Below, in pieces: positions 21,544-32,581 of a stretch of 64,000 bases of DNA. The stretch is from an uncultured Nitrospiraceae bacterium (GTDB lineage Bacteria > Nitrospirota > Thermodesulfovibrionia > Thermodesulfovibrionales > SM23-35). The stretch is from the NCBI GenBank assembly GCA_963727775.1, contig CAVSHB010000001.1, positions 416,001 through 480,000 of the forward strand. Reading direction: 5' to 3'. The translations under genes were made by a program, and so were the position numbers. The first letter of the stretch is position 1, and each line of letters opens with the position of its first letter. The notes beneath the pieces are model-generated. The model did no database searches. It was not told where the DNA came from and worked only from the letters and a program-made list of their open reading frames with translations.

Positions 21544-22913
21544 AGAAGGATAAAGGGAAAATACTCGTTGTCGAGGATGAGCAAAGCATGCGGGAAGTGC
21601 TCAAGATCCTCCTTGAGGGAGAGCACTATAAGGTAATAACCGTGTCCGACGGGCTTGAAGGCCTCTCATTGTTGGACAGGGACATATTCGATCTCGTTAT
21701 AACCGACATGAAGATGCCGAAGGCCGGCGGGTTCGAAGTGCTGAAAAAAGTAAAAGAGACATCACCGGATACGGTTGTAATCATGATAACGGCTTTCGGG
21801 AGTAAAGAGATTGCAATTGAAGCAATGAAGTTGGGCGCCTATGATTACATCAGCAAACCTTTCAATATCGACGAGATACGATTAATTGTCAGAAAGGCGA
21901 TCGAGAAGAAAAGGGAGAGGGAAGAGCTTGATATCCTGAGAGAGAAAGTAGAAGCTGCATACACCCTCGAAAACATTATCGGAAAGAGCCCAAAGATGCA
22001 GGATATGTTTAAGCTTATTCCGCGGATAGCCCAGAGCAACTCTAATGTGCTGATAACCGGTGAGAGCGGTTCGGGCAAGGAACTGGTTGCTGCTGCGCTG
22101 CACAATCTTAGTCACAGGAAGAAGAAGAATTTTGTGACAATAAACTGTGCGGCATTTCCTGAAGGACTTCTTGAATCGGAGTTGTTCGGACATATGAAAG
22201 GTTCTTTTACAGGTGCTTTGTATAACAAGCAGGGGTTATTTGAGGTTGCCGACGAAGGCAGTATCTTTCTCGATGAGATCGGAGAGATGCCTGCCACCCT
22301 TCAATCTAAGTTACTCAGGGTCCTTGAGAACGGGACATTCAGACGTGTCGGGGGAACAACAGATATTAAGGTTGATATTAGGGTCATATCCGCAACGAAT
22401 AAGGACTTAAAGGAAGAGATAACAGCCGGAAGATTCAGGGAGGATTTATTTTATAGACTGAATGTGGTCCCTGTTAATATCCCTCCTTTAAGAGAGAGAA
22501 AAGAAGATATTCCATTGCTTGTAGACCATTTTATGAGAAAAACGTCTGATAAACTAAAATGGATTACCCCGGAGGCAATGAGGTTTTTAATAGACTATCC
22601 CTGGATGGGTAATGTAAGAGAACTCGAGAACGCTATCGAGCGTATAGCTTTGCTCACGGACAAAGAAGCGATAACACCCTTAGAACTTCCGCCGGAAATT
22701 GCCGGAACGGCAGGGTATGTTATTGAGACAAAGGGGCTGCCGACCATAACAGACGAAGGCATAGATATCGATAAAATTATCGACGATATTGAAAGAAAAT
22801 ATCTCCTCAACGCTCTTGAAAAGGCCGGTGGGGTAAAGACTGAAGCGGCAAAACTTTTGAACCTTTCTTTCCGGTCCTTCCGCCACAGACTCCATAAATA
22901 CGGGATCACCTAA
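21540..22913 (+). CDS. pilR: Sigma-54-dependent response regulator, PilR-like
   Basis: REC domain, GESGSGKE, GSFTGA, GRFREDLFYRL, Fis-type HTH. Confidence 0.9.
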   Translation: MKKDKGKILVVEDEQSMREVLKILLEGEHYKVITVSDGLEGLSLLDRDIFDLVITDMKMPKAGGFEVLKKVKETSPDTVVIMITAFGSKEIAIEAMKLGAYDYISKPFNIDEIRLIVRKAIEKKREREELDILREKVEAAYTLENIIGKSPKMQDMFKLIPRIAQSNSNVLITGESGSGKELVAAALHNLSHRKKKNFVTINCAAFPEGLLESELFGHMKGSFTGALYNKQGLFEVADEGSIFLDEIGEMPATLQSKLLRVLENGTFRRVGGTTDIKVDIRVISATNKDLKEEITAGRFREDLFYRLNVVPVNIPPLRERKEDIPLLVDHFMRKTSDKLKWITPEAMRFLIDYPWMGNVRELENAIERIALLTDKEAITPLELPPEIAGTAGYVIETKGLPTITDEGIDIDKIIDDIERKYLLNALEKAGGVKTEAAKLLNLSFRSFRHRLHKYGIT

Positions 22914-23674
22914 GAAATTCCCACCCTCTGCGGATGTGTATAAACATTCATGCGGTCGCCCCTCACGAACCCGATTAATGTCAGCCCCGATTTTTCGGAT
23001 ATCTCAACGGCGAGGTTTGTGGGGGCGGTCCTGCTTGCAAGAATCGGGATGCCCCACCGTGCGCATTTTGATGCAATCTCTGATGAGAGCCGCCCGCTCA
23101 CTAACATTAATTTCCCGCTGAAAGGTATGTCCTCAATGATTGCATGTCCTATGACCTTGTCAACGGCGTTATGCCTGCCTATGTCTTCCGTGAAAACAAA
23201 TATCTCCTTACCGTCAGACAATGCTGCGCTGTGGACACAGCCCGTAAGTCTGAAGAGTTCGGACCTCTGCTGGAACTCCTTAAAAACGGATTTCAGGGTC
23301 TCAGCGTCAACGGAAAAATCATCTGTTATCTTTTCGAAATTCTTCCCTTTGGGGAATGTGATGCCGCCAACGCACCCCGATGTGATTACCATGCCTTGTG
23401 TTGAAATTTCGCCGTCAGCAGGGATATCGACAGTTATCTCATCCCCGTACTCTATATTGATTTTCTCCGTGCAGAAATGCCCCTTGATTATTCCTTCGGT
23501 CAGGAATAGGCCGACGACCAGTTCCCTTATCATCATGGGTGTACAATAAAGGCTTATTACATGCCTGCCGTTTACGGATATCCTGAGTTTTTTTTCTGCT
23601 GCAATATAGTCTTCAGTCTCCTCAAAGGATAGTCCCTGTTTCTTGATTATTTTTCTTCTTATGTACGGGTTCAT
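22910..23674 (-). CDS. fdhD: Formate dehydrogenase accessory sulfurtransferase FdhD
   Basis: TSGC, TGCVHSAAL, EDIGRHNAVDK, SGRLSSE. Confidence 0.95.
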   Translation of the reverse strand: MNPYIRRKIIKKQGLSFEETEDYIAAEKKLRISVNGRHVISLYCTPMMIRELVVGLFLTEGIIKGHFCTEKINIEYGDEITVDIPADGEISTQGMVITSGCVGGITFPKGKNFEKITDDFSVDAETLKSVFKEFQQRSELFRLTGCVHSAALSDGKEIFVFTEDIGRHNAVDKVIGHAIIEDIPFSGKLMLVSGRLSSEIASKCARWGIPILASRTAPTNLAVEISEKSGLTLIGFVRGDRMNVYTHPQRVGIS

Positions 23675-23816
23675 TAATCTCCATACCCCGCCGTCTCTGC
23701 GGCGGGCACCTTACGTCGTCGGGGTGCAGGGCGTCGGAGCGAAGCGCAGACCCTTGCCGACCCGCGGGGTCTAATACCCCGTGGTGTCGTGCCGAGCAAA
23801 GCGAGGTTTAGTTTAT
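23675..23816 (+). mobile_element. 142-bp non-autonomous multi-hairpin element (IS200/IS605-like ends), copy 1
   Basis: Identical to four other copies; follows TTCAT; abuts the fdhD start codon; boundary register ambiguous by up to 3 bp. Confidence 0.85.
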
Positions 23817-23928
23817 TATTTTTTTTTCCAGTGCCACCACTGACCTTATAGAATAATTATACATCCAAATGTTGTGTATTCGTCCTGTCAAATAAAAAAT
23901 CTTGAGATAAAAGATATATAATAGGGAC

Positions 23929-24492
23929 ATGAATATGGGGAATATCAAATTAAAGAAAATCAATCTTCTCTCTACGGTATTCTTTATTCTAATCGCTGTT
24001 TTTTATCTGGCGCACGAGAAATCCACCCTCTCGAAACAGAATACCAATGATAACTTTGTCCCTGTCATATCGGTTTCCGACGGTGACACAATTGTCGTCT
24101 TAACCTATGGTAAAAAAGAAAAAGTCAGGTTTATAGGCATAGATGCGCCCGAATTGGCCCAGAAACCCTGGGGGGAAGAAGCGAAAAAATATCTGGAGGC
24201 CCTTTTGGGTTCTTCAGGATGGAGAGTCAGGCTTGAATTTGATATAGAAAAAAGGGATAAATATGGCCGTCTCCTTGCATATCTCTGGACAACCAAAAAT
24301 GAGATGCTCAACTTTCTCATAATAAAAAGCGGAAATGCGATGCTTTATACTGTTCCTCCGAATGTAAAATATACCGGTGAGCTGAGGGCCGCCCAGAATG
24401 AAGCACGTTCGAAAAGTCTCGGCATATGGAGCGGAAAGGGCTCAGAGAGAGCCCGTGGGATTACAGGAAAGAACACCCGAGAAGGTAGTTAA
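23929..24492 (+). CDS. Thermonuclease (SNase) family protein, probable frameshift near the C-terminus
   Basis: DGDT, VRFIGIDAPE, RDKYGRLLAY; family-like tail PWDYRK is in another frame after ~24438. Confidence 0.88.
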   Translation: MNMGNIKLKKINLLSTVFFILIAVFYLAHEKSTLSKQNTNDNFVPVISVSDGDTIVVLTYGKKEKVRFIGIDAPELAQKPWGEEAKKYLEALLGSSGWRVRLEFDIEKRDKYGRLLAYLWTTKNEMLNFLIIKSGNAMLYTVPPNVKYTGELRAAQNEARSKSLGIWSGKGSERARGITGKNTREGS

Positions 24493-24497
24493 CAAGA

Positions 24498-25163
24498 TTA
24501 TTTTTCAGTGCACTCCGGCATTTCTGGATCAAAAACCTTTTTATGGTCCTTAAGAATCCGGCATACGTCGCTTACTTCATCTGCTATAGAAATTATATCC
24601 AAGTCCTCAGGGGAAAGCGTATCAGTCGGGATAAGGGTTGATTTGAACCAGTCTATGAGACCTTGCCAATAGTCTTTCCCGAAAAGTATTATCGGAAAGA
24701 CTCCGATCCTTTTCGTCTGAGAGAGCGTGAGGGCTTCGAACAATTCATCCATAGTCCCAAAACCGCCAGGGAATATAATGAATGCAATCGAATATTTAAC
24801 AAACATGAGTTTTCTTATAAAAAAGTATTTGAATGAGAGAGAAATATCCTGGAACTTGTTCGGATATTGCTCTGCGGGGATCTCTATATTCAGCCCTACG
24901 GATTTTCCTTCCCTCTGAAAAGCCCCTTTATTGGCGCCTTCCATTATGCCCGGGCCGCCGCCGGTAATGATCGAAAACCCTGCGTCAGAAAGTTTTTTGC
25001 CGAGTTCCGTTGCCTTTTCATAATAATAAGAGCCGGATTTTATTCGTGAGCTGCCGAATATAGCCACGGCGGGCCCAAGGCCGTTCAGTGTTTCGAACCC
25101 TTCAACCAGTTCGGATTGTATCCTGAAAACTCTCCACGTTTCCGAGTGCTTTAAATCTTCCAT
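24498..25163 (-). CDS. LOG family (TIGR00730-type) nucleotide phosphoribohydrolase
   Basis: TGGGPGIMEGAN, FFIRKLMF, PGGFGTMDE. Confidence 0.93.
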   Translation of the reverse strand: MEDLKHSETWRVFRIQSELVEGFETLNGLGPAVAIFGSSRIKSGSYYYEKATELGKKLSDAGFSIITGGGPGIMEGANKGAFQREGKSVGLNIEIPAEQYPNKFQDISLSFKYFFIRKLMFVKYSIAFIIFPGGFGTMDELFEALTLSQTKRIGVFPIILFGKDYWQGLIDWFKSTLIPTDTLSPEDLDIISIADEVSDVCRILKDHKKVFDPEMPECTEK

Positions 25164-25261
25164 TAAGGTTCTCCTTTTTTCTATTGATTTTAAATAAAGT
25201 TCGACCCAAAAGTCATTATCGGAGAGAAGGCCGGAAAGTAAATCTGCTATAATAGTTAACA

Positions 25262-26917
25262 GTGGAAAATACTTTGTCTGTCATCCCGCTTGGCGGCGTT
25301 GAGGAGATCGGCCTCAACATGACCATCTTCGAATATAATAATGATATTATCGTCATTGACGCCGGTCTTATGTTCCCGGAGGAAGATACCCTCGGAGTGG
25401 ATTTTATAATCCCGGAATTATCTTACCTGATCAACAATAAAGAGAAAGTAAAAGCGGTCATTCTTACGCACGGGCATGAAGACCATACAGGCGCCTTGCC
25501 GTTTCTCTTAAAAGAGATAGCCGTCCCTGTTTACGGTACGCCCCTGACACTCGGATTAGTGAAAGAAAAACTCCGCGAGCATAACCTCGAAGACGCTGAA
25601 CTCATCTCTGTTATGCCGAGGGATATCGTAAACATAGGAGTTTTTTCGATAGAATTTGTGAGAGTCACTCACAGTATAGTAGACGGTGTCGGCCTCGGTA
25701 TAACAACGCCGGTAGGGCTTATTGTGCATACCGGAGATTTCAAGCTTGACCCGACCCCTGTTGACGGACAGCTTATGGATTTTCATAGGTTTTCCGAATA
25801 CGGTGAAAGGGGGACATTGCTTTTGCTGTCCGACAGCACAAACGCCGAGAAGGGTGGGTTTACATATTCCGAAAAAGAGGTGAGACGGGCGTTTGAGGAC
25901 ATATTTTCGAACACAAAGGGAAGAATCATCATTGCCACGTTTGCATCAAATATACATAGGATTCAGCAGGCAATTGATGTTGCCGTTAAATATGAAAGGA
26001 AAGTGATACTCTGTGGAAAAAGCATTGTATCGAACGCGCAGATAGCGCTGAACCTGGGATATCTGAGGATACCCGAAAATACATGGCTTAAGCTTGAAGA
26101 CCTCAAGAAGATGCCCGACAACGAAGTGGTCATTATTACGACGGGAAGCCAGGGTGAGCCGATGAGCGTACTTTCAAGGATTGCTACGGATGAACACAAA
26201 CACATCGTGGCTAAAGAGGGAGATACCGTTATATTATCCGCAAAGATGATACCGGGGAATGAACGTTCAATAGGAAAGATAATAAACCATCTCTTCAGGC
26301 GGGGCGCAAATGTTATCTATGAGAAAGTATCGGAGGTGCATGTTTCAGGGCACGCCTCAAAAGAAGAACTCAAACTTATGCTTAACATGGTCAAACCAAA
26401 GTACTTTATGCCCATACACGGCGAATACAGACATCTCGTATACCATTCAATGCTCGCGAGGAAACTCGACATTCCTAAGGAGAACATATTCATCCTGAGG
26501 AACGGAGATGTTGTTGAGATATCCGACAATGAAGCGAGAAAAAACGGGAACGTAAATTCAGGGCGTATATTCATAGATGGAAAAGGCATGGGGGGTGTTG
26601 AAGAGATGGTACTCCGTGACCGGCTGAGGCTTGCGCATGATGGGATTGTCCTGATACTTTTGGCAGTGGATAATCTGACGGGCAATATCATTTCCGGTCC
26701 TGATATCATATCAAGGGGATTTGTCTTCGAGGATGCTTCTCAGGAGATAATAAACAACGTTAAGGAACTCCTTGCAAATACAATAAAAGGACTGGGTGCG
26801 GAGTATATATCCGATTCATCTTTGCTTAAGGCAAAACTCAGGTCCACCCTTAAGAAATACCTGAGAGACACGATGGAAAGACGCCCGATGATAATGCCGA
26901 TTATCATCGAGGTATAA
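25262..26917 (+). CDS. rnj: Ribonuclease J
   Basis: PLGG..EIG.NM, THGHEDH, TGSQGEP, HVSGH, PIHGE. Confidence 0.97.
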   Translation: MENTLSVIPLGGVEEIGLNMTIFEYNNDIIVIDAGLMFPEEDTLGVDFIIPELSYLINNKEKVKAVILTHGHEDHTGALPFLLKEIAVPVYGTPLTLGLVKEKLREHNLEDAELISVMPRDIVNIGVFSIEFVRVTHSIVDGVGLGITTPVGLIVHTGDFKLDPTPVDGQLMDFHRFSEYGERGTLLLLSDSTNAEKGGFTYSEKEVRRAFEDIFSNTKGRIIIATFASNIHRIQQAIDVAVKYERKVILCGKSIVSNAQIALNLGYLRIPENTWLKLEDLKKMPDNEVVIITTGSQGEPMSVLSRIATDEHKHIVAKEGDTVILSAKMIPGNERSIGKIINHLFRRGANVIYEKVSEVHVSGHASKEELKLMLNMVKPKYFMPIHGEYRHLVYHSMLARKLDIPKENIFILRNGDVVEISDNEARKNGNVNSGRIFIDGKGMGGVEEMVLRDRLRLAHDGIVLILLAVDNLTGNIISGPDIISRGFVFEDASQEIINNVKELLANTIKGLGAEYISDSSLLKAKLRSTLKKYLRDTMERRPMIMPIIIEV

Positions 26918-26941
26918 AGTAATTCAATTGATTACGGGTAT

Positions 26942-29005
26942 ATGGTTGAAAGGATAAAGCGAATAAAGGAAGAGGTTGCCGGCGTTGTATCAGTGATGGG
27001 AAGCCTTTATCTTTTCTTAAGTCTGGTTACACATTATATAGGAGACCCTGTCCCTTTTTTTCGGACTACCGAACCTCCTGAGCCTTTACGGAATCTCGGT
27101 GGGATAGTCGGCGCATATATTTCAGGCTGGCTGATTATACTGTTCGGACTTGCCGCTTATATCATTCCTTTACTGACGATTGCATTCGGTATTAAGAGGC
27201 TGCTGGGGAAAGAGGGACATAAGATTTATTTGCTCGGTGGCGTGCTGTTCACTATATCCTTTGCCGTATTGGCTTCGTTGCTGTCGAAAACCTTTACTGT
27301 CACAATTGGAAAATATCCCGACGGTATCGGAGGTCTCGCAGGAGGGATGGTGGCCTATTTTTCCGACCGGCTTCTATCGGTTCCCGGGGCATATATCTTT
27401 TCACTCTCTCTGTTCTTGTCTTCGATCATATTGATCAGTCCTGTATCTATTACTACGATCGCAATAGGCAATAAAGAAAAGAAGGAAAAAATCAAGGAGT
27501 ACATTGAAGAAGAAATTCCGGAAGCGCAGGACATACTCATCACAGAACCGGAACACGTTCCGCCGTCGGAACCTGTCCCACAGCCCGAAACGTTGATACC
27601 GAGAAAGATAGGGGGTTATCAATTTCCATCAATCGAACTTTTGAGTTTGCCTGATTCCATATCCGCGAGACCATCGGATGACGATCTCCTGAAAGATTCT
27701 TCTCTCATCGAGAAAAAACTTGAAGATTTTGGTGTTGTAGGCAAGATCACGAAGGTGAACCCGGGCCCTATTGTTACGATGTATGAGTTTGAACCGGCGC
27801 CCGGCATAAAGATAAACAGAATTGTATCCCTTGCGGATGATCTTGCCTTGGCTTTAAAGGCGCCGAGCGTGAGGGTTTCCCCAATTTCAGGAAGGGCTGT
27901 TATTGGCATAGAGGTGCCGAACAGGCAGAGGGATACGGTCGCATTGAGGGAAATACTTTCCTCGGAGGGCTTTAGAAAGAGCAGATCGAAACTTACCTTA
28001 GGCCTCGGCAAGGATATATCAGGCGCGCCTGTTGTGGCGGACTTGTCTAAAATGCCCCATCTTCTTGTCGCGGGTGCAACAGGCTCCGGCAAGAGCGTGG
28101 CGATTAATTCGATGATCATGAGCATATTGTATAAGACTGCGCCTTCTGAGGTGAAAATGTTGATGATAGACCCAAAGCTTATCGAATTATCTGCATACGA
28201 GGAAATCCCGCATCTTATCTCACCTGTCATAACTCATCCGAAAGAAGCGGCAGAGGCCTTAAAAAAGATGGTTATAGAGATGGAGCGCAGATACAGAGTG
28301 CTGGCCGAAAAGGCTGCAAGGAATATCGACAGTTATAACATGCAGGTGAAAGATGAAGAACAACTCCCTTATGTGGTCATTGTCATAGACGAACTCGCTG
28401 ATCTGATGTTCACTGCTCCTAACGACGTTGAGGATTCGATAGCGAGGCTTGCGCAGATGGGAAGGGCTTCGGGAATACACCTTATTCTCGCAACGCAGAG
28501 GCCGTCTGTTGATGTTATCACGGGCATAATAAAAGCAAACTTCCCTGCAAGGATCGCATTCCAGGTTTCGTCTAAGGTGGATGCAAGGACAATCCTCGAT
28601 TCACACGGAGCGGAACAACTCCTTGGCAAAGGAGACATGTTGCTGATGCTGCCGGGTGCAAGGATAATCCGGGTCCACGGGGCCTTTATCACAGAAGAAG
28701 AAACAAAGGCCGTTACTGAATTTGTAAAGTCCCAGGGGAGTCCCGATTACACAATCCTGGAAAGAATTCTGACTGTAGACAAGTCTGACGAGGACGAGAG
28801 ATCGGGGGAAAGAGACGAGATGTATCTGAAGGCGATCGAACTCGGCGAGTCTACCGGTGAGATATCAATATCTTCAATACAAAGGCGCCTCAAAATCGGC
28901 TATAACAGGGCCGCGAGGATTATGGAATTAATGGAAGAAGACGAGCTTGTCGGCCCCCAAAAAGGCGCCGGAAAACCGAGAGATTTTCTAAGGAGAAGGA
29001 AATAA
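26942..29005 (+). CDS. ftsK: DNA translocase FtsK
   Basis: N-terminal TM segments, MPHLLVAGATGSGKSV, ATQRPSVDV, QRRLKIGYNRAAR. Confidence 0.97.
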   Translation: MVERIKRIKEEVAGVVSVMGSLYLFLSLVTHYIGDPVPFFRTTEPPEPLRNLGGIVGAYISGWLIILFGLAAYIIPLLTIAFGIKRLLGKEGHKIYLLGGVLFTISFAVLASLLSKTFTVTIGKYPDGIGGLAGGMVAYFSDRLLSVPGAYIFSLSLFLSSIILISPVSITTIAIGNKEKKEKIKEYIEEEIPEAQDILITEPEHVPPSEPVPQPETLIPRKIGGYQFPSIELLSLPDSISARPSDDDLLKDSSLIEKKLEDFGVVGKITKVNPGPIVTMYEFEPAPGIKINRIVSLADDLALALKAPSVRVSPISGRAVIGIEVPNRQRDTVALREILSSEGFRKSRSKLTLGLGKDISGAPVVADLSKMPHLLVAGATGSGKSVAINSMIMSILYKTAPSEVKMLMIDPKLIELSAYEEIPHLISPVITHPKEAAEALKKMVIEMERRYRVLAEKAARNIDSYNMQVKDEEQLPYVVIVIDELADLMFTAPNDVEDSIARLAQMGRASGIHLILATQRPSVDVITGIIKANFPARIAFQVSSKVDARTILDSHGAEQLLGKGDMLLMLPGARIIRVHGAFITEEETKAVTEFVKSQGSPDYTILERILTVDKSDEDERSGERDEMYLKAIELGESTGEISISSIQRRLKIGYNRAARIMELMEEDELVGPQKGAGKPRDFLRRRK

Positions 29006-29140
29006 GAACTGCTATCACTTTCTGCTTTATTGAAATAATCCTGATATAATATTCGGTAGAAGGTTTTTATAACGGGTATCTTGCCAAAATCATTGTAAAT
29101 CTATTATTATTAATTTTAACCAAAATTTGAGGAGGGCAAT

Positions 29141-29362
29141 TTGAAGGAAGGAATTCATCCAGCATATAATGAAGTGACTGTTGTATGTGCCTGTGGTGAG
29201 ACATTTACAACGAAGTCGACGAGGCAGAATATACAGGTGGATATCTGCTCGAAGTGCCACCCGTTCTTTACAGGGAAACAGAAGATAGTAGACGCTGAAG
29301 GACGGGTAGAGAAGTTCAAAAAGAAATACGCGAAGGCAAAAGCGCTTCAAGCAGAAAAGTAG
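29141..29362 (+). CDS. rpmE: 50S ribosomal protein L31 (zinc type)
   Basis: [20 protein letters not shown]. Confidence 0.98.
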   Translation: MKEGIHPAYNEVTVVCACGETFTTKSTRQNIQVDICSKCHPFFTGKQKIVDAEGRVEKFKKKYAKAKALQAEK

Positions 29363-29481
29363 ATACACAGACATTTAAAAGTCGTTAGTCAATCGTTACA
29401 TGGCTAACGGCTTTTTATTTGCATTACAATGCAAATAAAATATAAGTTACAAAATAAAGGTGAGGACGTTTTTGGATTAAA

Positions 29482-30360
29482 ATGAAAAACATAGGCGGAC
29501 AGGCAGTTATCGAAGGTGTTATGATGAAGGGCAGAAAGGGCTGGACCGTAGCTGTCAGGGGCCCAAAAGGGGAAATCCATGTCAAAAGAGAAGAACTGAA
29601 GGAACTGCCGAAGGTCTTCCGCTTGCCGCTCGTGAGGGGGTTTATTTCACTGTTTCATGCAATGTTTATCGGCGTAAAAGCGATCGAGTTTTCCGCGAAC
29701 AAGGCATACGAAGAGGAAGAAGGCAAGAACTTGAGCCCCCTGGCTATCGGCTTGACCATTGCTTTTTCCGTGCTCTTCGGAGTGGCTTTGTTTATACTAT
29801 TGCCTTTGTATGCAACAAAACTGCTTGGAATGATATTCACATCTGTCTCTAAAAGCTCGGTCATGTTTAATTTTGTTGACGGCATTATCAGGGTATTCAT
29901 TTTTTTATTGTATGTAATTTCAATCGGCATGTGGAAAGAAATGAGAAGGATATTCGAATACCATGGTGCGGAGCATAAGGTAATCCACGCATATGAGGAC
30001 GGCAAGGACCTGACATTCAAGAACATAAAAGACCACAGCCCCCTGCACCCCCGTTGCGGGACAAGCTTTCTCCTTATAGTCATGGTCATAAGCATATTCA
30101 CTTTTTCGTTTATTCCACAGGCATGGCCTTTTATTTACAAGTTTCTTTCGCGGCTTATCCTAATCCCCCTGATTGCGGGGCTTTCTTATGAATTTTTGCG
30201 GCTCTCTGCAAAAATGGAGCACAACATAATAATGCATGCTTTGATACAGCCGGGCCTGCTGCTTCAGAGGCTTACAACAAGAGAACCGGATGAAGCCCAA
30301 ATTGAGGTGGCTGTCAAAGCATTGCAGGAAGTTCTTGTAACAGAGGAAGCAAATGTTTGA
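29482..30360 (+). CDS. DUF1385 family membrane protein
   Basis: [35 protein letters not shown]; rpmE-prfA context. Confidence 0.92.
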   Translation: MKNIGGQAVIEGVMMKGRKGWTVAVRGPKGEIHVKREELKELPKVFRLPLVRGFISLFHAMFIGVKAIEFSANKAYEEEEGKNLSPLAIGLTIAFSVLFGVALFILLPLYATKLLGMIFTSVSKSSVMFNFVDGIIRVFIFLLYVISIGMWKEMRRIFEYHGAEHKVIHAYEDGKDLTFKNIKDHSPLHPRCGTSFLLIVMVISIFTFSFIPQAWPFIYKFLSRLILIPLIAGLSYEFLRLSAKMEHNIIMHALIQPGLLLQRLTTREPDEAQIEVAVKALQEVLVTEEANV

Positions 30361-31414
30361 GAAGCTCAAGGCAATAGAAAAGAAATATGAAGAATTGACG
30401 ACGATGCTGATGGACCCTCAGGTGTTGTCAAAACCGGCTGAACTCCTGAAATACTCAAAAGAACAGTCTGAACTCCAGCCGCTCGCGGAGAAGATAAGTG
30501 AATATTTCAAGGTAGTTGCCGATATGGAGGGCGCCGAAGAAATTCTTCAGGGTGGAGACGGAGACCTGCAAGAGCTTGCACAGGCGGAACTTGAAGAGCT
30601 GACGATGAAAAAACCCCGGCTGGAAGAAGAACTGAAGTTTATGCTATTGCCGAAAGACCCCCGCGACGAAAGGAATGTAATCCTTGAGATAAGGGCGGGG
30701 ACAGGGGGAGAGGAAGCGGCCCTGTTTGCATCCGGTCTCCTGAGGATGTATATGAAATACGCCGAGCGCAAAAGGTGGAAAGTTGAAACGATAGATCTGA
30801 ATGCAACAGGTCTCAGCGGCATTAAGGAGGTAATCATTTCCATTCAGGGTAAAAACGCTTACAGCAGGCTTAAATACGAAAGCGGCGTGCACAGAGTCCA
30901 GCGCGTGCCCGTTACAGAGGCGTCGGGAAGGATACATACCTCTGCGGCAACGGTTGCGGTGCTTCCTGAAGCAGAGGAAGTTGATATTAAAATTGAAGAG
31001 AAAGATCTGAGGGTTGATACCTTCTGCTCTTCCGGGCCCGGCGGCCAGGGGGTCAATACGACCTATTCTGCCGTCAGAATTGTCCATGTCCCTACAGGAC
31101 TTGTTGTTCAATGCCAGGATGAACGTTCACAGATAAAGAATAGGGCAAAGGCCATGAAGGTCCTTCGTTCAAGGCTTTATGAAGTCGAAATGGAAAGACA
31201 GGAGAAAGAAAGGGCCTCAGAGAGAAAATCGCAGGTGGGCACCGGCGACAGGAGTGAAAAGATAAGGACATATAATTTCCCGCAGAACCGCCTTACCGAT
31301 CACAGGATCGGTTTTACCCTCCACAAGCTTGAACAGGTATTGGAAGGTGATATCGACGAGATAATCGAAAGCCTTATTACTTACTATCAGACGGAAAAGC
31401 TGAAAGAGCTTTGA
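30353..31414 (+). CDS. prfA: Peptide chain release factor 1
   Basis: PVT tripeptide (RVPVTE), GPGGQ, RTYNFPQ. Confidence 0.98.
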   Translation: MFEKLKAIEKKYEELTTMLMDPQVLSKPAELLKYSKEQSELQPLAEKISEYFKVVADMEGAEEILQGGDGDLQELAQAELEELTMKKPRLEEELKFMLLPKDPRDERNVILEIRAGTGGEEAALFASGLLRMYMKYAERKRWKVETIDLNATGLSGIKEVIISIQGKNAYSRLKYESGVHRVQRVPVTEASGRIHTSAATVAVLPEAEEVDIKIEEKDLRVDTFCSSGPGGQGVNTTYSAVRIVHVPTGLVVQCQDERSQIKNRAKAMKVLRSRLYEVEMERQEKERASERKSQVGTGDRSEKIRTYNFPQNRLTDHRIGFTLHKLEQVLEGDIDEIIESLITYYQTEKLKEL

Positions 31415-31489
31415 ATGGATAAATCGTATATCGAGGAAAATCTGAAGTTTTCCATTGATTTTTATTTTAGAGGTATGTTAATTTTATAA

Positions 31490-32269
31490 ATGCGTAAATT
31501 TTCGATTAGTCTTTTTTTCGCCATAACTGCAGCTCTCTTAAGTATTGTGCCTGCTGTCTATAGCAAAGAGAAAGATGCCTCTGAGATCGTTAAGTGCGAC
31601 ACGATAACGAAGGAAGAAGCTACCAATATACTCAAGGATTCTTTCCCTGACATAAATGTCGTGGATACGCGCCTTGCTCCTGTTAAAGGTTTATGGGAAG
31701 TTGTTCTGGAAAGCAAAGGTCAGAAAGGGATCGTCTATATTGATTGTTCTAAAAGATACCTCATATCAGGCTTCGTATTAGACATTAAAAGCAAGGTAAA
31801 TTTAACCCAGGAAAGATTTATTGAGGTCTCAAAAGTTGACGTATCAAAAATCCCATTGGACGATGCATTGGCTATGGGAGATAAGAATGCAAAACATCGT
31901 ATTATTGTTTTTGACGACCCCGAATGACCATACTGTGAAAAACTTCATCAGGAGATGAAGAAGGTCTTGGAAAAAAGAAAAGATATTGTATTCTTGATAA
32001 AAATGTTTCCTCTGCCGTTTCACAAAGGAGCATATGCAAAGGCAAAAGCGATAGTCTGTGAAAAGTCCTTATCGCTGCTTGAGGATGCGTTTGCAAACAA
32101 ATCCTTGCCTGAGCCGAAGTGTGAAACATCTGTGCTGGATGACAATCTCAAGCTTGGCGAAAAACTCGGCATCCGCGGAACACCCGCCATTATCTTCCCT
32201 GACGGTAGTGTTATCCCAGGTTACAAAGATGCCGACTCTATAATTTCTCAGCTCGATAAATCTTCATAA
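31490..32269 (+). CDS. dsbC: DsbC-family thiol:disulfide isomerase with U-P-Y-C active site (probable selenoprotein)
   Basis: ORFs 31490-31927 and 31955-32269 are in one frame; joined they read signal peptide, DsbC N-domain, FDDPE*PYCEKLH, FPL, GIRGTP; TGA at 31925-31927. Confidence 0.88.
31943..31960 (+). promoter_or_regulatory. Candidate bacterial SECIS hairpin
   Basis: Stem CTTCATC/GATGAAG, loop AGGA beginning 22 nt after the in-frame UGA. Confidence 0.7.
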
Positions 32270-32545
32270 TAAGCTACAATCCGACAAATTTTTCTTGATA
32301 GATTATTCCCTCTCATTCTCAGTGCAATCATAAAAGGTTATAGATAATCTGGGTTGGCACCTCCTCTCTCAGTCCTTTGATCTGGCGCCACATCTTGGTC
32401 ATAAGCAACCCCACCATAGCAGATATTCACTATATTCTTCAAACTATCCCCCAGAAGACAGCAATGGAGATAGCTGAGTATATCCTTGGGACTTTTCAGA
32501 TAAAACCCTGAAAGGGTCCAGGAGTTCGAACCTCGATGCCACTTT

Positions 32546-32581
32546 AAAAAAACAGGAGGCGCTGCATGATGCGGCGCCTCC
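32546..32581 (-). terminator. Intrinsic terminator-like hairpin
   Basis: Stem GGAGGCGCCGCA/TGCAGCGCCTCC (one mismatch) followed by TGTTTTTTT on the minus strand. Confidence 0.65.

Noticed and set aside
31415..31489. No prmC after prfA
   Set aside because: Gene order here varies among bacteria; nothing shows loss rather than relocation.
32465..32545. tRNA-like GGAGTTCGAACCTC
   Set aside because: Only a T-loop-like word; no acceptor stem, D-arm or anticodon arm can be built.
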